From positions 32,001-96,000 of the forward strand of contig JBMNQN010000002.1 in NCBI GenBank assembly GCA_050944155.1: a DNA stretch of 64,000 nucleotides. The letters run 5' to 3'. Numbering within the stretch: position 1 is the first letter of the stretch; each line of letters begins with the position of its first letter. The stretch is from Candidatus Methanomethylophilaceae archaeon (GTDB lineage Archaea > Thermoplasmatota > Thermoplasmata > Methanomassiliicoccales > Methanomethylophilaceae). The translations under genes were made by a program, and so were the position numbers. This document shows, one piece after another, positions 10,980 to 21,721 of the stretch. The notes under the pieces were generated by a model. It saw only the letters and a list, made by a program, of their open reading frames with translations, did no database searches and had not been told where the DNA came from.

Positions 10980-13187
10980 ATGGCAAGAAAAGAAGAAAAC
11001 GCGCGAAAGGCAACCAAACTGATGAGATCTCCCGAGTTCATCAGAAACATAGGAACCGCAGCGCATATCGATCACGGAAAGACCACATTCTCTGACAACC
11101 TGATTGCGGGTGCCGGAATGATGTCCGCCGAACTCGCAGGAGAACAACGCGTTCTCGATTTCGACGACCAGGAAGCGGCGAGAGGAATAACCATCAACGC
11201 CGCCAGCGCATCCATGGTCCACCACTGGGAAGGAAAAGACTATCTCATCAACCTGATAGACACCCCCGGACACGTGGACTTCGGAGGAGACGTCACCAGG
11301 GCTATGAGGGCTCTCGACGGTGTGTTCATTCTCTGCTGCGCCGTGGAAGGAATCATGCCTCAGACCGAAACGGTCATCAAACAGGCTCTCAAAGAACGCG
11401 TCAGACCCATGCTGTTCATCAACAAAGTGGACAGAATGATCGTCGAACAGCAGGTTACCAAGGAAATGATGATCGAGAAGTTCTCGAGAATCATCGCCGA
11501 ATTCAACCAGAAGATCTACGCGAACCTCCCCGCCCCCCTCAACAAAGAGTGGCAGGTGAGCATTCAGGACGGCACCGTGGGATTCGGTTCCGCCTACAAC
11601 AACTGGGCAATAACCTCCACGGCCATGAAGAAGTACAACTTCTCCTTCAGCGATATTTTCGAATACTGCAAGAAGGAAGGCGGCCAGGCTGAGCTTGCCA
11701 AGAAAATACCCCTTCACGAAGTTGCTCTGGGAATGGCCATAAGGCACGTCCCCAACCCCGTTGAAGCGCAGAAACTCCGTATCCCCGTCATCTGGAAAGG
11801 AGACCTCAGTTCCACTGCCGGAAAGGCGATGGTTGCCTGCGACCCCAACGGACCCACTTCCCTGATGGTCACCAAAATCATCATGGATCCACACGCCGGC
11901 GAAGTTGCCTTCGGAAGACTGTTCTCCGGTTCCGTGAAAAAGGGAGATTCCCTGTACATATCCGGAATTTCCAACCCCCAGAGGGTTCAGACCGTCTCGC
12001 TTATGGTGGGAGGGGACAGAATCGCCATCGACGAGTGCGACGCCGGAAACATCGTTGCAATTACCGGTCTGAAAGACGCGATAGCCGGTTCCACCCTTAC
12101 TTCCGACAAAGACACGGAACCCTTCGAGAAGATGACCCACTATTCCGAGCCCGTGGTCACCAAAGCCATCGAGGCGAAGAACATGAAGGACCTTCCGAAG
12201 CTGGTGGAAGTACTCAGATCCATAGCGAAGGCGGACCCGTCTCTTAACATCGAAATCAACAACGACACCGGCGAACACCTGATATCCGGTATGGGAGAGC
12301 TTCACCTGGAGATTACCGAATACCGCATTATCAACGAACAGAAAGTGGATATCGTATCCTCTCCGCCTATCGTCGTTTACAGAGAGAGCGTCAAAGGACC
12401 CAACAACAGCGAGTTCGAAGGGAAATCCCCCAACAAGCACAACAAGTTCTACTTCATCGTAAAGCCTCTCGACGAGAGCATCATGGCGGCAATACGTGCC
12501 GGCGACATCGATGTGGAATCTAAAATAAAGGATCCGAAAGCTCTTGCGCACCAGCTCGAAGAGCTCGGAATGTCCAAAGACGAAGCCAAAGGCGTCGTCT
12601 GCTTCAAGAACACCAACGTCCTGCTCGACTGCACCAAAGGTATCCAGTACCTCCACGAAACCATGGAACTGGTGAAACAGGCCTTCGAAGAAGCCATGGT
12701 AAGAGGACCCCTCGCCAACGAGAAAGTCTCCGGCGTCAAGGTCATGCTCATGGACGCAAAACTTCACGAAGACACGATCCACAGAGGTCCCGCCCAGGTC
12801 ATCCCGGCGGTAAGGGACGGTATTTACGGTGCTATGTGTCAGGCCGGAAGAATCCTTCTTGAACCCATGCAGAAACTGTTCATCAGCGTTCCCCCGGATT
12901 ACATGGGAGGCGCGGTCAACATGGTGACCCAGCGTCGCGGAACGATTCTCGAGATGGGGCAGGAAGGAGCCGATTCCACCGTAACCGCAACGGTCCCCGT
13001 TTCGGACATGTTCGGATTCGCATCGGATATCCGCAGCGCAACACAGGGACGTGCCCTTTGGTCCACCGAGAACTCCGGATTCCAGCAGGTTCCCGCGGAA
13101 CTCCAGAAAAAGGTGGTTTCGGAGATCAGAACCAGGAAAGGACTCAATCCCGAGCCCTATGACGAACGCTATTACGCGGGAGTGTAA
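10980..13187 (+). CDS. fusA: Elongation factor EF-2
   Basis: AHIDHGKTT, DTPGHVDF, NKVD; diphthamide site HRGPAQ. Confidence 0.98.
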   Translation: MARKEENARKATKLMRSPEFIRNIGTAAHIDHGKTTFSDNLIAGAGMMSAELAGEQRVLDFDDQEAARGITINAASASMVHHWEGKDYLINLIDTPGHVDFGGDVTRAMRALDGVFILCCAVEGIMPQTETVIKQALKERVRPMLFINKVDRMIVEQQVTKEMMIEKFSRIIAEFNQKIYANLPAPLNKEWQVSIQDGTVGFGSAYNNWAITSTAMKKYNFSFSDIFEYCKKEGGQAELAKKIPLHEVALGMAIRHVPNPVEAQKLRIPVIWKGDLSSTAGKAMVACDPNGPTSLMVTKIIMDPHAGEVAFGRLFSGSVKKGDSLYISGISNPQRVQTVSLMVGGDRIAIDECDAGNIVAITGLKDAIAGSTLTSDKDTEPFEKMTHYSEPVVTKAIEAKNMKDLPKLVEVLRSIAKADPSLNIEINNDTGEHLISGMGELHLEITEYRIINEQKVDIVSSPPIVVYRESVKGPNNSEFEGKSPNKHNKFYFIVKPLDESIMAAIRAGDIDVESKIKDPKALAHQLEELGMSKDEAKGVVCFKNTNVLLDCTKGIQYLHETMELVKQAFEEAMVRGPLANEKVSGVKVMLMDAKLHEDTIHRGPAQVIPAVRDGIYGAMCQAGRILLEPMQKLFISVPPDYMGGAVNMVTQRRGTILEMGQEGADSTVTATVPVSDMFGFASDIRSATQGRALWSTENSGFQQVPAELQKKVVSEIRTRKGLNPEPYDERYYAGV

Positions 13188-13253
13188 ACATTAAATAATA
13201 AACATCTTATGCTAACACAATCCAAGAGAATATAAATCAAAGGAGAGAAAGAA

Positions 13254-14516
13254 ATGGCTGACAAAGAGCACATGAATCTGGTCATCATCGGTCACGTCGA
13301 CCACGGAAAGTCCACCCTTACCGGAAGGATTCTTCTCGAAGCCGGCGCAATCGAGCCCCACATAGTCGAGAAATACAAGAAAGAAGCCGAGGAGAAAGGG
13401 AAAGGTACCTTCTACTTCGCCTGGGTCATGGACGGACTCAAGGAAGAGAGGGAGAGGGGAGTCACCATCGACCTGGCACACAAGAAGTTCTACACCGACA
13501 AGTACTTCTACACTGTCATTGACGCACCCGGTCACCGTGACTTCGTCAAGAACATGATCACCGGTACCTCTCAGGCGGACTGCGCAATCATCACCTGTTC
13601 TGCAATCGAAGGACCTCAGGCCCAGACCAAAGAGCACGTGTTCCTCGCGACCACCCTGGGTATCAAACAGATTGTCGTCGCAATCAACAAAATGGACGCA
13701 GTCAACTACGACCAGAAAAAATTCGAAGACGCCAAGAATGCCATGCTCAAACTCATGGCGACCGTAGGAGCCAAACCCATGGAGGTCATACCCGTTTCCG
13801 CTTACATGGGAGACAACATAAAGACCAAGTCCGACAAGACCCCCTGGTACACCGGAGCTACTCTCTTCCAGGCTCTCGACAACTTCAAAGTTCCCGAGAA
13901 GCACACCGAGAAGCCCCTCAGGCTGCCCATACAGGACGTCTACACCATCACCGGTATCGGAACCGTTCCCGTAGGACGTGTTGAAACCGGAGTACTCAAG
14001 CCCAACATGAAAGTCATGTTCGAGCCCTCCCACGTAGTCGGAGAAGTGAAATCCATCGAGGCTCACCACGAGACTCTCCCCAGCGCGGTTCCCGGAGACA
14101 ACGTCGGATTCAACGTCCGCGGAGTTTCCAAGAACGATGTGAAGAGAGGAGACGTAGCCGGACCCGTTGACAACCCGCCCTCCGTTGCGAAATCTTTCGT
14201 GGCGCAGATCGTTGTTCTCAACCACCCCTCCGTGATTACCGTCGGATACACCCCCGTGTTCCACTGCCACACTTCGCAGACCGCATGCAGAATCACCGAG
14301 CTCATCAAAACCATCGACCCCAAATCCGGTGCCGTAAAGAAGGAGCACCCCGACTTCATTAAGACCGGGGACATTGCCTTCGTAAGATGCGAGCCCACCA
14401 AACCGATGGTCATCGAAACTGCGAAAGAGTACCCCCCTCTCGGAAGGTTCGCCATCCGCGATATGGGACAGACTGTCGCTGCCGGTGCCTGCGTAGAAGT
14501 CGAGAAATCCAACTGA
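13254..14516 (+). CDS. tuf: Elongation factor EF-1alpha
   Basis: [31 protein letters not shown]. Confidence 0.98.
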   Translation: MADKEHMNLVIIGHVDHGKSTLTGRILLEAGAIEPHIVEKYKKEAEEKGKGTFYFAWVMDGLKEERERGVTIDLAHKKFYTDKYFYTVIDAPGHRDFVKNMITGTSQADCAIITCSAIEGPQAQTKEHVFLATTLGIKQIVVAINKMDAVNYDQKKFEDAKNAMLKLMATVGAKPMEVIPVSAYMGDNIKTKSDKTPWYTGATLFQALDNFKVPEKHTEKPLRLPIQDVYTITGIGTVPVGRVETGVLKPNMKVMFEPSHVVGEVKSIEAHHETLPSAVPGDNVGFNVRGVSKNDVKRGDVAGPVDNPPSVAKSFVAQIVVLNHPSVITVGYTPVFHCHTSQTACRITELIKTIDPKSGAVKKEHPDFIKTGDIAFVRCEPTKPMVIETAKEYPPLGRFAIRDMGQTVAAGACVEVEKSN

Positions 14517-14525
14517 GGGCTTTGA

Positions 14526-14840
14526 ATGGCACAGCGCGCAAGAATATCTCTCAGCGGTTGCGACCCGGTAAAGGTCGGCAACGTATGCAGTCAGATTAAG
14601 ACCATTTCCCAGAGGACCGGCGTGGATATCCGCGGCCCCGTCCCCCTTCCCACCAAGAAGCTCAGGGTTCCCTGCAGAAAGAGCCCCGACGGAGAGGGAA
14701 GCGAAACCTGGGATCACTGGGAGATGCGCATCCACAAGAGACTCATCGACCTGGATGCGGACGAGCGCGCGCTCAGGCAGCTCATGAGAATAGATGTTCC
14801 CGACGGCGTGAACATCGAAATCGTTCTGCGCAGCGTCTGA
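14526..14840 (+). CDS. rps10: 30S ribosomal protein S10
   Basis: [28 protein letters not shown]. Confidence 0.97.
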   Translation: MAQRARISLSGCDPVKVGNVCSQIKTISQRTGVDIRGPVPLPTKKLRVPCRKSPDGEGSETWDHWEMRIHKRLIDLDADERALRQLMRIDVPDGVNIEIVLRSV

Positions 14841-14857
14841 AACACTTTTAATATCAC

Positions 14858-14888
14858 GGCGGGGATTTCCCCGCCTCCCCTTTTCTTT
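14858..14888 (+). terminator. Hairpin plus T-tract ending the str operon
   Basis: ggcgggga-tt-tccccgcc followed by a pyrimidine tract. Confidence 0.6.
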
Positions 14889-14937
14889 AATCAGTTATTT
14901 ATTGCAGTTACCGATAGCCCTATGCAGGGTAACGCAG

Positions 14938-16584
14938 ATGAGAAGCGACGCAGTCAAAAAAGGCATCGACAAAGCGCCCGCCAGAAGTCTTCTGAGGGCG
15001 GACGGTCTTAAAGACGAAGATTTTGAAAAACCCTTCATAGGGATCGCAAATTCCTGGAACGAAGTCGTTCCCGGACATATACACCTCAACGAACTCGTGG
15101 AGGAAGTGAAAAAAGGAATCATCGAAGCCGGAGGATATCCGTTCGTTTTCGGAGTTCCCGCCGTCTGCGACGGAATAGCCATGGGACACAACGGAATGAG
15201 ATATTCCCTGATATCCAGAGAAGTGATTTCCGACTGCTGCGAGGTTATGGTCGAAGGACATGCTTTCGACGGATGGGTGGGAGTGACCAACTGCGACAAA
15301 GTGACTCCCGGGATGCTGATGGCCGCGGGAAGGATGAACATTCCAGCAATCATGCTGACGGGCGGTGCCATGGAAGCGGGAAAAGAAGGGGACAGCAATC
15401 TGGACCTTCAGTCCGTGTTCGAAGCCCTCGGCGAATATTCCGCGGGAAAAGCGGACGAAGCTTACGTCAAAAACATAGAATGCAGGGCATGCCCCGGAAG
15501 GGGAAGCTGCTCCGGACTTTTCACGGCAAACACCATGGCGTGTCTGACGGAGACGCTGGGACTCAGTCTCGAAGGATGCGCGACCACAATCGCCACCGAT
15601 AAAAAGAAACTGAAAATCGCCCGCGAAACCGGTAGAAAAGCGGTGGAACTGGCAATCAATAACATAAGACCCAGAGACATAGCTTCGGACGCTTCCTTCA
15701 GAAACGCCGTAAGAACGGATATGGCAATCGGTGGTTCCACAAACACCGCTCTTCACATTCCCGCCATTTCCAAGGATTTCGGATGTTCCGTCGATTTAAA
15801 CGACTTCGACAGAATATCCAGGGAGGTCCCCCACATAACCAGTCTAAGGCCTGCGGGACCCTACAGCATCGCGGATCTGGACGCGGCGGGAGGAATCCCG
15901 GCGGTTCTCCACAGACTTTACAATGTTCTGGAAGACGCCCCCACGGTGAACGGCAGAAACATCAAAGAGATAGCCGCTTCCGCGAAAGTCGTCGATCCCG
16001 AAATCATAAGGCCTATGGACAGGCCATTCCACGAACAGGGAGGCATAGCCGTTCTGAAAGGGAACCTGGCACCTTTGGGTTCCGTCGTGAAACAGGCCGC
16101 GGTAAGTCCCGAAATGATGAAGTTTTCCGGACGTGCCAGAGTGTTCGACGGCGAGAAAAGCGCCACCGAAGCGATCGTGAACGGATCCGTAAAACCCGGC
16201 GACGTCGTGGTGATAAGATACGAAGGTCCCAAGGGAGCTCCGGGTATGCCCGAAATGCTCTCCCCCACCAGTCTCATAATAGGACGCGGACTGGGAGATT
16301 CCGTCGCCCTCATAACGGACGGAAGGTTCTCCGGCGCCTCCAGAGGCGGAGCCATCGGCCATGTTTCCCCCGAAGCTTACGAAGGAGGGCCCATAGCGGC
16401 GGTGAAAGACGGAGACATAATCGACATCGACATTCCTTCAAGGACTCTTAACGTAAGACTGTCGGACGCCGAAATAAAGAAAAGGCTGTCCGAAGCCAAA
16501 AGAGTCGAACGTCCGGTCAACGGCGTGCAGAAGAAGTACAGGAAACTGGTGTCCAACGGAGCCAACGGCGCGTATATGGAATGA
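14938..16584 (+). CDS. ilvD: Dihydroxy-acid dehydratase
   Basis: PGHIHL, CDGIAMGH, NCDKVTPG, GGSTN, ITDGRFSG, GHVSPEA. Confidence 0.96.
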   Translation: MRSDAVKKGIDKAPARSLLRADGLKDEDFEKPFIGIANSWNEVVPGHIHLNELVEEVKKGIIEAGGYPFVFGVPAVCDGIAMGHNGMRYSLISREVISDCCEVMVEGHAFDGWVGVTNCDKVTPGMLMAAGRMNIPAIMLTGGAMEAGKEGDSNLDLQSVFEALGEYSAGKADEAYVKNIECRACPGRGSCSGLFTANTMACLTETLGLSLEGCATTIATDKKKLKIARETGRKAVELAINNIRPRDIASDASFRNAVRTDMAIGGSTNTALHIPAISKDFGCSVDLNDFDRISREVPHITSLRPAGPYSIADLDAAGGIPAVLHRLYNVLEDAPTVNGRNIKEIAASAKVVDPEIIRPMDRPFHEQGGIAVLKGNLAPLGSVVKQAAVSPEMMKFSGRARVFDGEKSATEAIVNGSVKPGDVVVIRYEGPKGAPGMPEMLSPTSLIIGRGLGDSVALITDGRFSGASRGGAIGHVSPEAYEGGPIAAVKDGDIIDIDIPSRTLNVRLSDAEIKKRLSEAKRVERPVNGVQKKYRKLVSNGANGAYME

Positions 16585-16590
16585 TGTTCC

Positions 16591-17100
16591 ATGGTCGTAA
16601 GGGACGAATTCAAAGTCGACGAACACGGGTTCACCCGTGACGGATACGAGGTTCTTCCGAAACGTTCGATCGGCAGTATGTACGTCGGAAAAATCATTAC
16701 GTTCGTCATCTTAGCGGCGGTGTTCTACGGTGTTTACTATTTCGGCGACTTGCCCAAAATAGCAGAAATCCTTATGCTGGCACTTTTTGCGGTAATAACG
16801 GCATATCTTTTTCTGAGCCCCCCGGTTTACTACGCTCGCTACAGGTATAAAATCGACAAAGACCGCATAGACATCCGTCACGGGGTCATCTTCATAACCC
16901 ACGACATAGTGCCCATAGAAAGAATACACCAGCTGGCGGTTTCCCGCGGTCCTGTAAACAATATGTTCCGTCTTGCGGATGTTGCCGTAACAACCGCAGG
17001 AGGGACAGTAACCCTGAAGTTCCTGGAAATAGAAACCGCCGAAGATATTGCGGACAAACTCAACGAATACATCGAGGAACTGCTGAGAAAGAGGGAATGA
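16591..17100 (+). CDS. Bacterial PH-domain membrane protein, YdbS-like
   Basis: Two TM helices then IRHGV..PIERI..RGP..LADVAVTTAG. Confidence 0.8.
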   Translation: MVVRDEFKVDEHGFTRDGYEVLPKRSIGSMYVGKIITFVILAAVFYGVYYFGDLPKIAEILMLALFAVITAYLFLSPPVYYARYRYKIDKDRIDIRHGVIFITHDIVPIERIHQLAVSRGPVNNMFRLADVAVTTAGGTVTLKFLEIETAEDIADKLNEYIEELLRKRE

Positions 17101-17101
17101 A

Positions 17102-18634
17102 GTGCAGGACGGACAGAACGGAATGCCGGATTTCGCGGAAAACCCTCAGTCAGTGTCGGAAGCCGTACCTCCGGTCGAAAAGATTCGCTGCCATCCCGTG
17201 ATGGTTGTCGAATTTGCTCTGCAGGGTCTTATTTTCGGCATCATCGTGGCATATGTCGCGGGCGCATTTCTCGCGGATTATCCGGAGATACCCGGAATTT
17301 ATGTTTCCGACGCTCTGCTGGTTCTGTTTCTGGCATCCTTCATTTGGATAGGTTACTGGCGTTGGAAAAAAACCACGGTCACTTTCACGGAAAACGAAAT
17401 GACCGTCGTCCGTGACACGGTTTTCAAACTCAACAAAAGAATTCCTTATTCGAAAATTGCGTCCGTGAACGCAAACAGGGGAATTCTTAACCGTATTACA
17501 GGAACGACGAAGCTTCTGTTCAACGTCAACAGTGCCGTGAATGCGGCTCTTCCGGAAGTTTCTCTGATATTCGGCAAGGAAACGGCGGACAGAATAAGAT
17601 CCGATCTTTCCGGAAAGATGTACGATAACAACATGGTTCCGGAAAACGAAAAATCCATTCCGTCCATCGTCGACGTGACAGCCAAAGACATCGTGTTTCA
17701 CAGTTTCCTGTCGCAGCCCACCGCCGTTTCGATATACGGTCTCATTTTCTTCGTCATAGGGCTGCTACAGATAATATTCCAGGGTGCAACGGCCGGATTC
17801 ACGGCAACGGTCATGCTGTTCGTTCCCGGTTACGTTTTCCCCGTAATAACTACGATTTTTTACTACTACGGATACAAAATATACCGTATCGGTGATACGA
17901 TTTACATCAGTCACGGGCTGATAAGGGAGTACAAAACCTCTTTCAAAATCAACAAAATAAACGCCGTGGTGGTATTTTCTCCGCTGTTTCCCAGAATGAT
18001 AAAAATGAAGATGATCCGCGCGGAGGTTCTGGGTCTCGGTTCATCCGAGGAAAAGGGGCAGACCCCTCTTCTGTGTCCGCTCAAAGACAGCCTAACGGTG
18101 GAAAAGATTCTGAACGCGCTGGTCCCCGAACTCAACGAGAAATTCGAAACGGATCTGCAGCCTCCCGAAGCGGCGAAGCCGATTCTCACAAATGCTCTGC
18201 TGTGGTCGATTGTAACCGCTGCGGTGATTTTCATTGTTTTTGCGGCCGTATCCAGAAGCTACGACGTCGGCGTTTACGGAATACTGTTCCCGATTGCCGC
18301 CGCTCTGGCTGTCATTGCGTATTTTGCTTACGGCATACGTTCCACAAAGGTTCTGAAATACGGTCTGGGAACCGACGTTTTTACGATGGTTACCGGAGTA
18401 ATAGACCGCGCCGAGATGACTATGTATTACGATAAAGTACAGATAGCCAGCGTGAAGAACGGCCCCGTCTCCAGAATATGGAATGTTTCCAGATGCGAAG
18501 TGAGTCTTCTTTCCGCCTCGGGAGAAAAGAAAACCAAATCCGGTTATTTCAGAACCGAAGATTTAGAGAAAATTCCGGATATTGTGGTGGACCGCATCGT
18601 GGAGGGACGCTACGATTACAGAAAATATCTGTGA
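17102..18634 (+). CDS. Multi-PH-domain membrane protein, YdbT-like
   Basis: Three repeats of 2 TM + bPH-like domain (IPYSKIASV, FKINKINAV, YYDKVQIA); adjacent to YdbS-like gene. Confidence 0.75.
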   Translation: MQDGQNGMPDFAENPQSVSEAVPPVEKIRCHPVMVVEFALQGLIFGIIVAYVAGAFLADYPEIPGIYVSDALLVLFLASFIWIGYWRWKKTTVTFTENEMTVVRDTVFKLNKRIPYSKIASVNANRGILNRITGTTKLLFNVNSAVNAALPEVSLIFGKETADRIRSDLSGKMYDNNMVPENEKSIPSIVDVTAKDIVFHSFLSQPTAVSIYGLIFFVIGLLQIIFQGATAGFTATVMLFVPGYVFPVITTIFYYYGYKIYRIGDTIYISHGLIREYKTSFKINKINAVVVFSPLFPRMIKMKMIRAEVLGLGSSEEKGQTPLLCPLKDSLTVEKILNALVPELNEKFETDLQPPEAAKPILTNALLWSIVTAAVIFIVFAAVSRSYDVGVYGILFPIAAALAVIAYFAYGIRSTKVLKYGLGTDVFTMVTGVIDRAEMTMYYDKVQIASVKNGPVSRIWNVSRCEVSLLSASGEKKTKSGYFRTEDLEKIPDIVVDRIVEGRYDYRKYL

Positions 18635-18892
18635 TTACTGAACTTTTTTTGCCCACTCTATGAGGAAACGGGCAAGAGATTCGGATTTATCGGGATCTAT
18701 TCCGAAATCAAGTGCCAGCCTCCGGTATCTTTCTTTTACCAGGGTTTCCGTTTCGGGGTCTTCCACTTCCAGATCGTTGAAGAATTTGTAACGTCCGATT
18801 TCTTCGGCGGTACGGAGTCTTTCCGCAACCAGATACAGAATTTCGTAATCGATGTCGGCTATGAGTTTTCTCAGTTTTTCTATGTCGGTCAT
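18635..18892 (-). CDS. Chorismate mutase (AroQ type)
   Basis: LRKLIADIDYEIL..VAER..A.EIGRYK; coupled to aroC. Confidence 0.85.
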   Translation of the reverse strand: MTDIEKLRKLIADIDYEILYLVAERLRTAEEIGRYKFFNDLEVEDPETETLVKERYRRLALDFGIDPDKSESLARFLIEWAKKVQ

Positions 18893-19941
18893 AATCCCCT
18901 CGCAATCTGATCCGCTATTACCAGAGCCGTAACCGATTCGACCGCAACGGCCGCTCTCGGCACTATGCACGGGTCGTGCCTTCCTCTGACTCTTATTTTC
19001 ACTTCCTCCATGGTCCTCATGTCGACGGTTTTCTGCAGCCGGTCTATGGACGGCGTGGGTTTGAAAACCGCACGGAAAACCAGGGGGGCGCCGTCGCTCA
19101 TTCCTCCGACAATTCCGCCCATGTTGTTGGAAGAAGTTTTGATTCCGTTGTCAAAGTAATATTGATCGTTGCTTTCGGAGCCTCTCATTCCGGCCATTCC
19201 GAATCCCTTTCCGAATTCGATTCCTTTGCAGCCCGGAACGCTGAGAACGGCATGTGCCAGTTCCGAATCCAGAGCTTCGAACCAAAGCCCGCCGAAACCT
19301 ACGGGAAGTCCGACCGTTATGCATTCCACGACTCCGCCCACGCTGTCTTCGGAACCGGCGGTGTCTTCGATGGCCCCTCTCATTTTTACGTCCAGTTCTT
19401 CCGTGCAGGAGCGGGTTACGTATTTTTCCGACTCCAAAGCCTCTTCGTAACTTCTTTCTTCAACGTCGGTAACGTCTCCGATGGATTTGGAAAAGGAAGC
19501 CGTCGAGATTCCGTGTTCGGAAACGAACTGTCTGGCTATGCTGCCTCCGGCGACTATCGCCGCAGTCATCCTTCCCGAAAATATACCTCCGCCAAGATAG
19601 TCCGAGCCTTTTACGTACGCGGGAAGGTCCGCGTGTCCGGGGCGGGGCGTGAATTCGTAGGCGGAATAATCCGAACCTCTTGCGTCGGTGTTTGCGATTT
19701 TTATCATAAGAGGCATGCCGTCCGTCTTTCCGTTCCTTATTCCGGAAACGAACTCGGGCATGTCGGGTTCGAGACGGCCGGTACCGATTCCTTCTGACGG
19801 TCTTCGCAGATCCATGTATTTGGAAACGGATCCGAAATCGATTTCCATTCCGGCGGGAAGTCCTTCCAAAATACACCCGACCGAATTGCCGTGACTGCTG
19901 CCGAAGAGCGAAAATACTATTTTTTTACCCAGACGGAACAC
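18889..19941 (-). CDS. aroC: Chorismate synthase
   Basis: FGSSHG, RPGHAD, KGIEFG, FKPTPSI, GRHDPC. Confidence 0.94.
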   Translation of the reverse strand: MFRLGKKIVFSLFGSSHGNSVGCILEGLPAGMEIDFGSVSKYMDLRRPSEGIGTGRLEPDMPEFVSGIRNGKTDGMPLMIKIANTDARGSDYSAYEFTPRPGHADLPAYVKGSDYLGGGIFSGRMTAAIVAGGSIARQFVSEHGISTASFSKSIGDVTDVEERSYEEALESEKYVTRSCTEELDVKMRGAIEDTAGSEDSVGGVVECITVGLPVGFGGLWFEALDSELAHAVLSVPGCKGIEFGKGFGMAGMRGSESNDQYYFDNGIKTSSNNMGGIVGGMSDGAPLVFRAVFKPTPSIDRLQKTVDMRTMEEVKIRVRGRHDPCIVPRAAVAVESVTALVIADQIARGL

Positions 19942-19955
19942 GGATACGGATATCG

Positions 19956-20795
19956 TTACGGGGCTTTTTCACTTTCGCATAATTTTCTGGTTTTTGTTAC
20001 GATAACATCCTTCGATTCGGTTTCTTTCATGAAACTTTCCGCCGTATCCTTTTCCAGAATCACTGCGGTTGCGGGACCGAAACCGGAGATTCCGGCGGCA
20101 AGCGCTCCGTGACGCAGGGCGTTTTCCGCAAAACGGTTATCGAGTCCCAACGTTTCCGCCACGAATCTTCCGTTGAGAGTCAGTGCTTCAAACGGATCGG
20201 TTTCCGCAAGAGCCAGAGCCTTAGCCTGTCCGGCCGCGGCGGCTCTAAGTAGTTCGGGGTTTCTTTCCGCCGTGCGGGGCGGGACGCGAATAACGACGTC
20301 GTATTCCGGAAAATCTCTCAGGAAAATAATCTCGTTGCTTCCGTTGTCGGTCATGACGTACCCTCCGAAATGGCATCCGCAGGCGTCGTCGAAGGCTCCG
20401 GTAACGGAAACTCCCGCACGTCTGGCACACTCTGTTCCGGATTTCAGAAAGGTTATCGGATCCGTACGGAAATTCAGCTCGTCCAGAACGGAAAGAATAA
20501 CCGCGTTGCACACGGAACTGGAGCTTTTGAGCCCCGCCGAAGGAGGTATTTCTGAAGTTACGGAAAGGGTCCAGTTTTCCGGTTCCTTTTCCCCTGCGAT
20601 ACGGTATGCGGCACTCACGCATATTTCGAGAAGTTCGAAAAATCCCGGATTTGTTTTTTCCGTTCCCGCCGTTCTCCCGTTTCCTTTTCTTTCGAAAAGT
20701 GCCTCGGTTTTAAGATCGATACCGATTGTCGCTCCGATTCCGGTGGGAACCGCGTTAAGTACGCTGACGGCACCGAAAGAGACGCCGTATCCCAT
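19956..20795 (-). CDS. aroK: Archaeal (GHMP) shikimate kinase
   Basis: GAVSVLNA..TG.G, IPPSAGLKSSS, SVTGAFDDA. Confidence 0.9.
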   Translation of the reverse strand: MGYGVSFGAVSVLNAVPTGIGATIGIDLKTEALFERKGNGRTAGTEKTNPGFFELLEICVSAAYRIAGEKEPENWTLSVTSEIPPSAGLKSSSSVCNAVILSVLDELNFRTDPITFLKSGTECARRAGVSVTGAFDDACGCHFGGYVMTDNGSNEIIFLRDFPEYDVVIRVPPRTAERNPELLRAAAAGQAKALALAETDPFEALTLNGRFVAETLGLDNRFAENALRHGALAAGISGFGPATAVILEKDTAESFMKETESKDVIVTKTRKLCESEKAP

Positions 20796-21574
20796 CAGAG
20801 GAGTCTCCCGGCTTCCTCCGCGTCGGAGCCGTTTTTGACTATGTCGGCGATGGCAGCCGTTATTTTTTCGGGGTTTCTGTGCTGGAATATGTTTCTTCCT
20901 ATGGACACTCCGGAAGCTCCCGCGGACATGGCACCATATACCATGTCCAGAATATCCCGGTCGGACTCCATTACCGGCCCTCCGGCAACAACCACCGGCA
21001 CGAGGGAAGCTTCGACAACCGTGCGGAAGGAATCCGGATCTCCCGTGTAATCGCATTTGACGACGTCTGCTCCCAGTTCCGAAACCACGCGGACCGCATG
21101 GGCCGCATCTTCCGTTTCGGACGGAGCGTTTCCGCGGACGTACGCCATGCACACGAGGGGCACCCCCCATTCGGAACACTCCTGGGAGACCATACCCAGA
21201 TCGTGAAGCATTTCGGGTTCGCTTTTCGAACCCAGGTTTATGTGCAGCGAAACGGCATCGGCACCGGTTTTTATCGCTTCCCGTACGGAAGAAACCAGAA
21301 CTTTGCAGTCTTCCGTATTGCCGAATTCGGTGGAAGCAGACAGGTGAAGTATAAGACCCAGATCTCTTTCGTGTCCGGGGTAGGCGGAAGCGACCGTGCC
21401 TTTATGCATAAGAATGGCGGTGGCTCCTCCTTCGGCGACGGAACCCACGGTTTTCATTAAATCGTTAAGTCCCTTTACGGGACCGACGGTGACGCCGTGA
21501 TCCAGGGGGACGATGATGTACTTACCCGTATCCCTGTCTCTTATTCTGCCGAGTCTGATGTCCTTTCCCAACAT
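20795..21574 (-). CDS. 2-amino-3,7-dideoxy-D-threo-hept-6-ulosonate synthase (class I aldolase, AroA')
   Basis: PLDHG..GP, LILHLSAST, ELGADVVK, GRNIFQ; located in aro cluster. Confidence 0.85.
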   Translation of the reverse strand: MLGKDIRLGRIRDRDTGKYIIVPLDHGVTVGPVKGLNDLMKTVGSVAEGGATAILMHKGTVASAYPGHERDLGLILHLSASTEFGNTEDCKVLVSSVREAIKTGADAVSLHINLGSKSEPEMLHDLGMVSQECSEWGVPLVCMAYVRGNAPSETEDAAHAVRVVSELGADVVKCDYTGDPDSFRTVVEASLVPVVVAGGPVMESDRDILDMVYGAMSAGASGVSIGRNIFQHRNPEKITAAIADIVKNGSDAEEAGRLL

Positions 21575-21642
21575 AGGTAATTCCGAGCCGAAATAACTTA
21601 GAGCGAAACCTATATAATACTTCTTCAAATTGACTTGGACGT

Positions 21643-21718
21643 GGGCTGGTAGATCAGCTGGCAGATCGCTTGCTTTGCAAGCAAGAAGTCGCGAGTTCAA
21701 ATCTCGCCCAGTCCACCA
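21643..21718 (+). tRNA. tRNA-Ala(TGC), encoded CCA
   Basis: GGGCTGG/CCAGTCC acceptor with G3:U70, CTTGC-TTTGCAA-GCAAG anticodon arm. Confidence 0.96.
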
Positions 21719-21721
21719 ATT

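Noticed and set aside
10728-14735. Very long antisense ORFs opposite fusA and tuf (similar ones opposite tes, polC and map)
   Set aside because: Shadow ORFs caused by codon bias of the conserved sense genes; no protein motifs.
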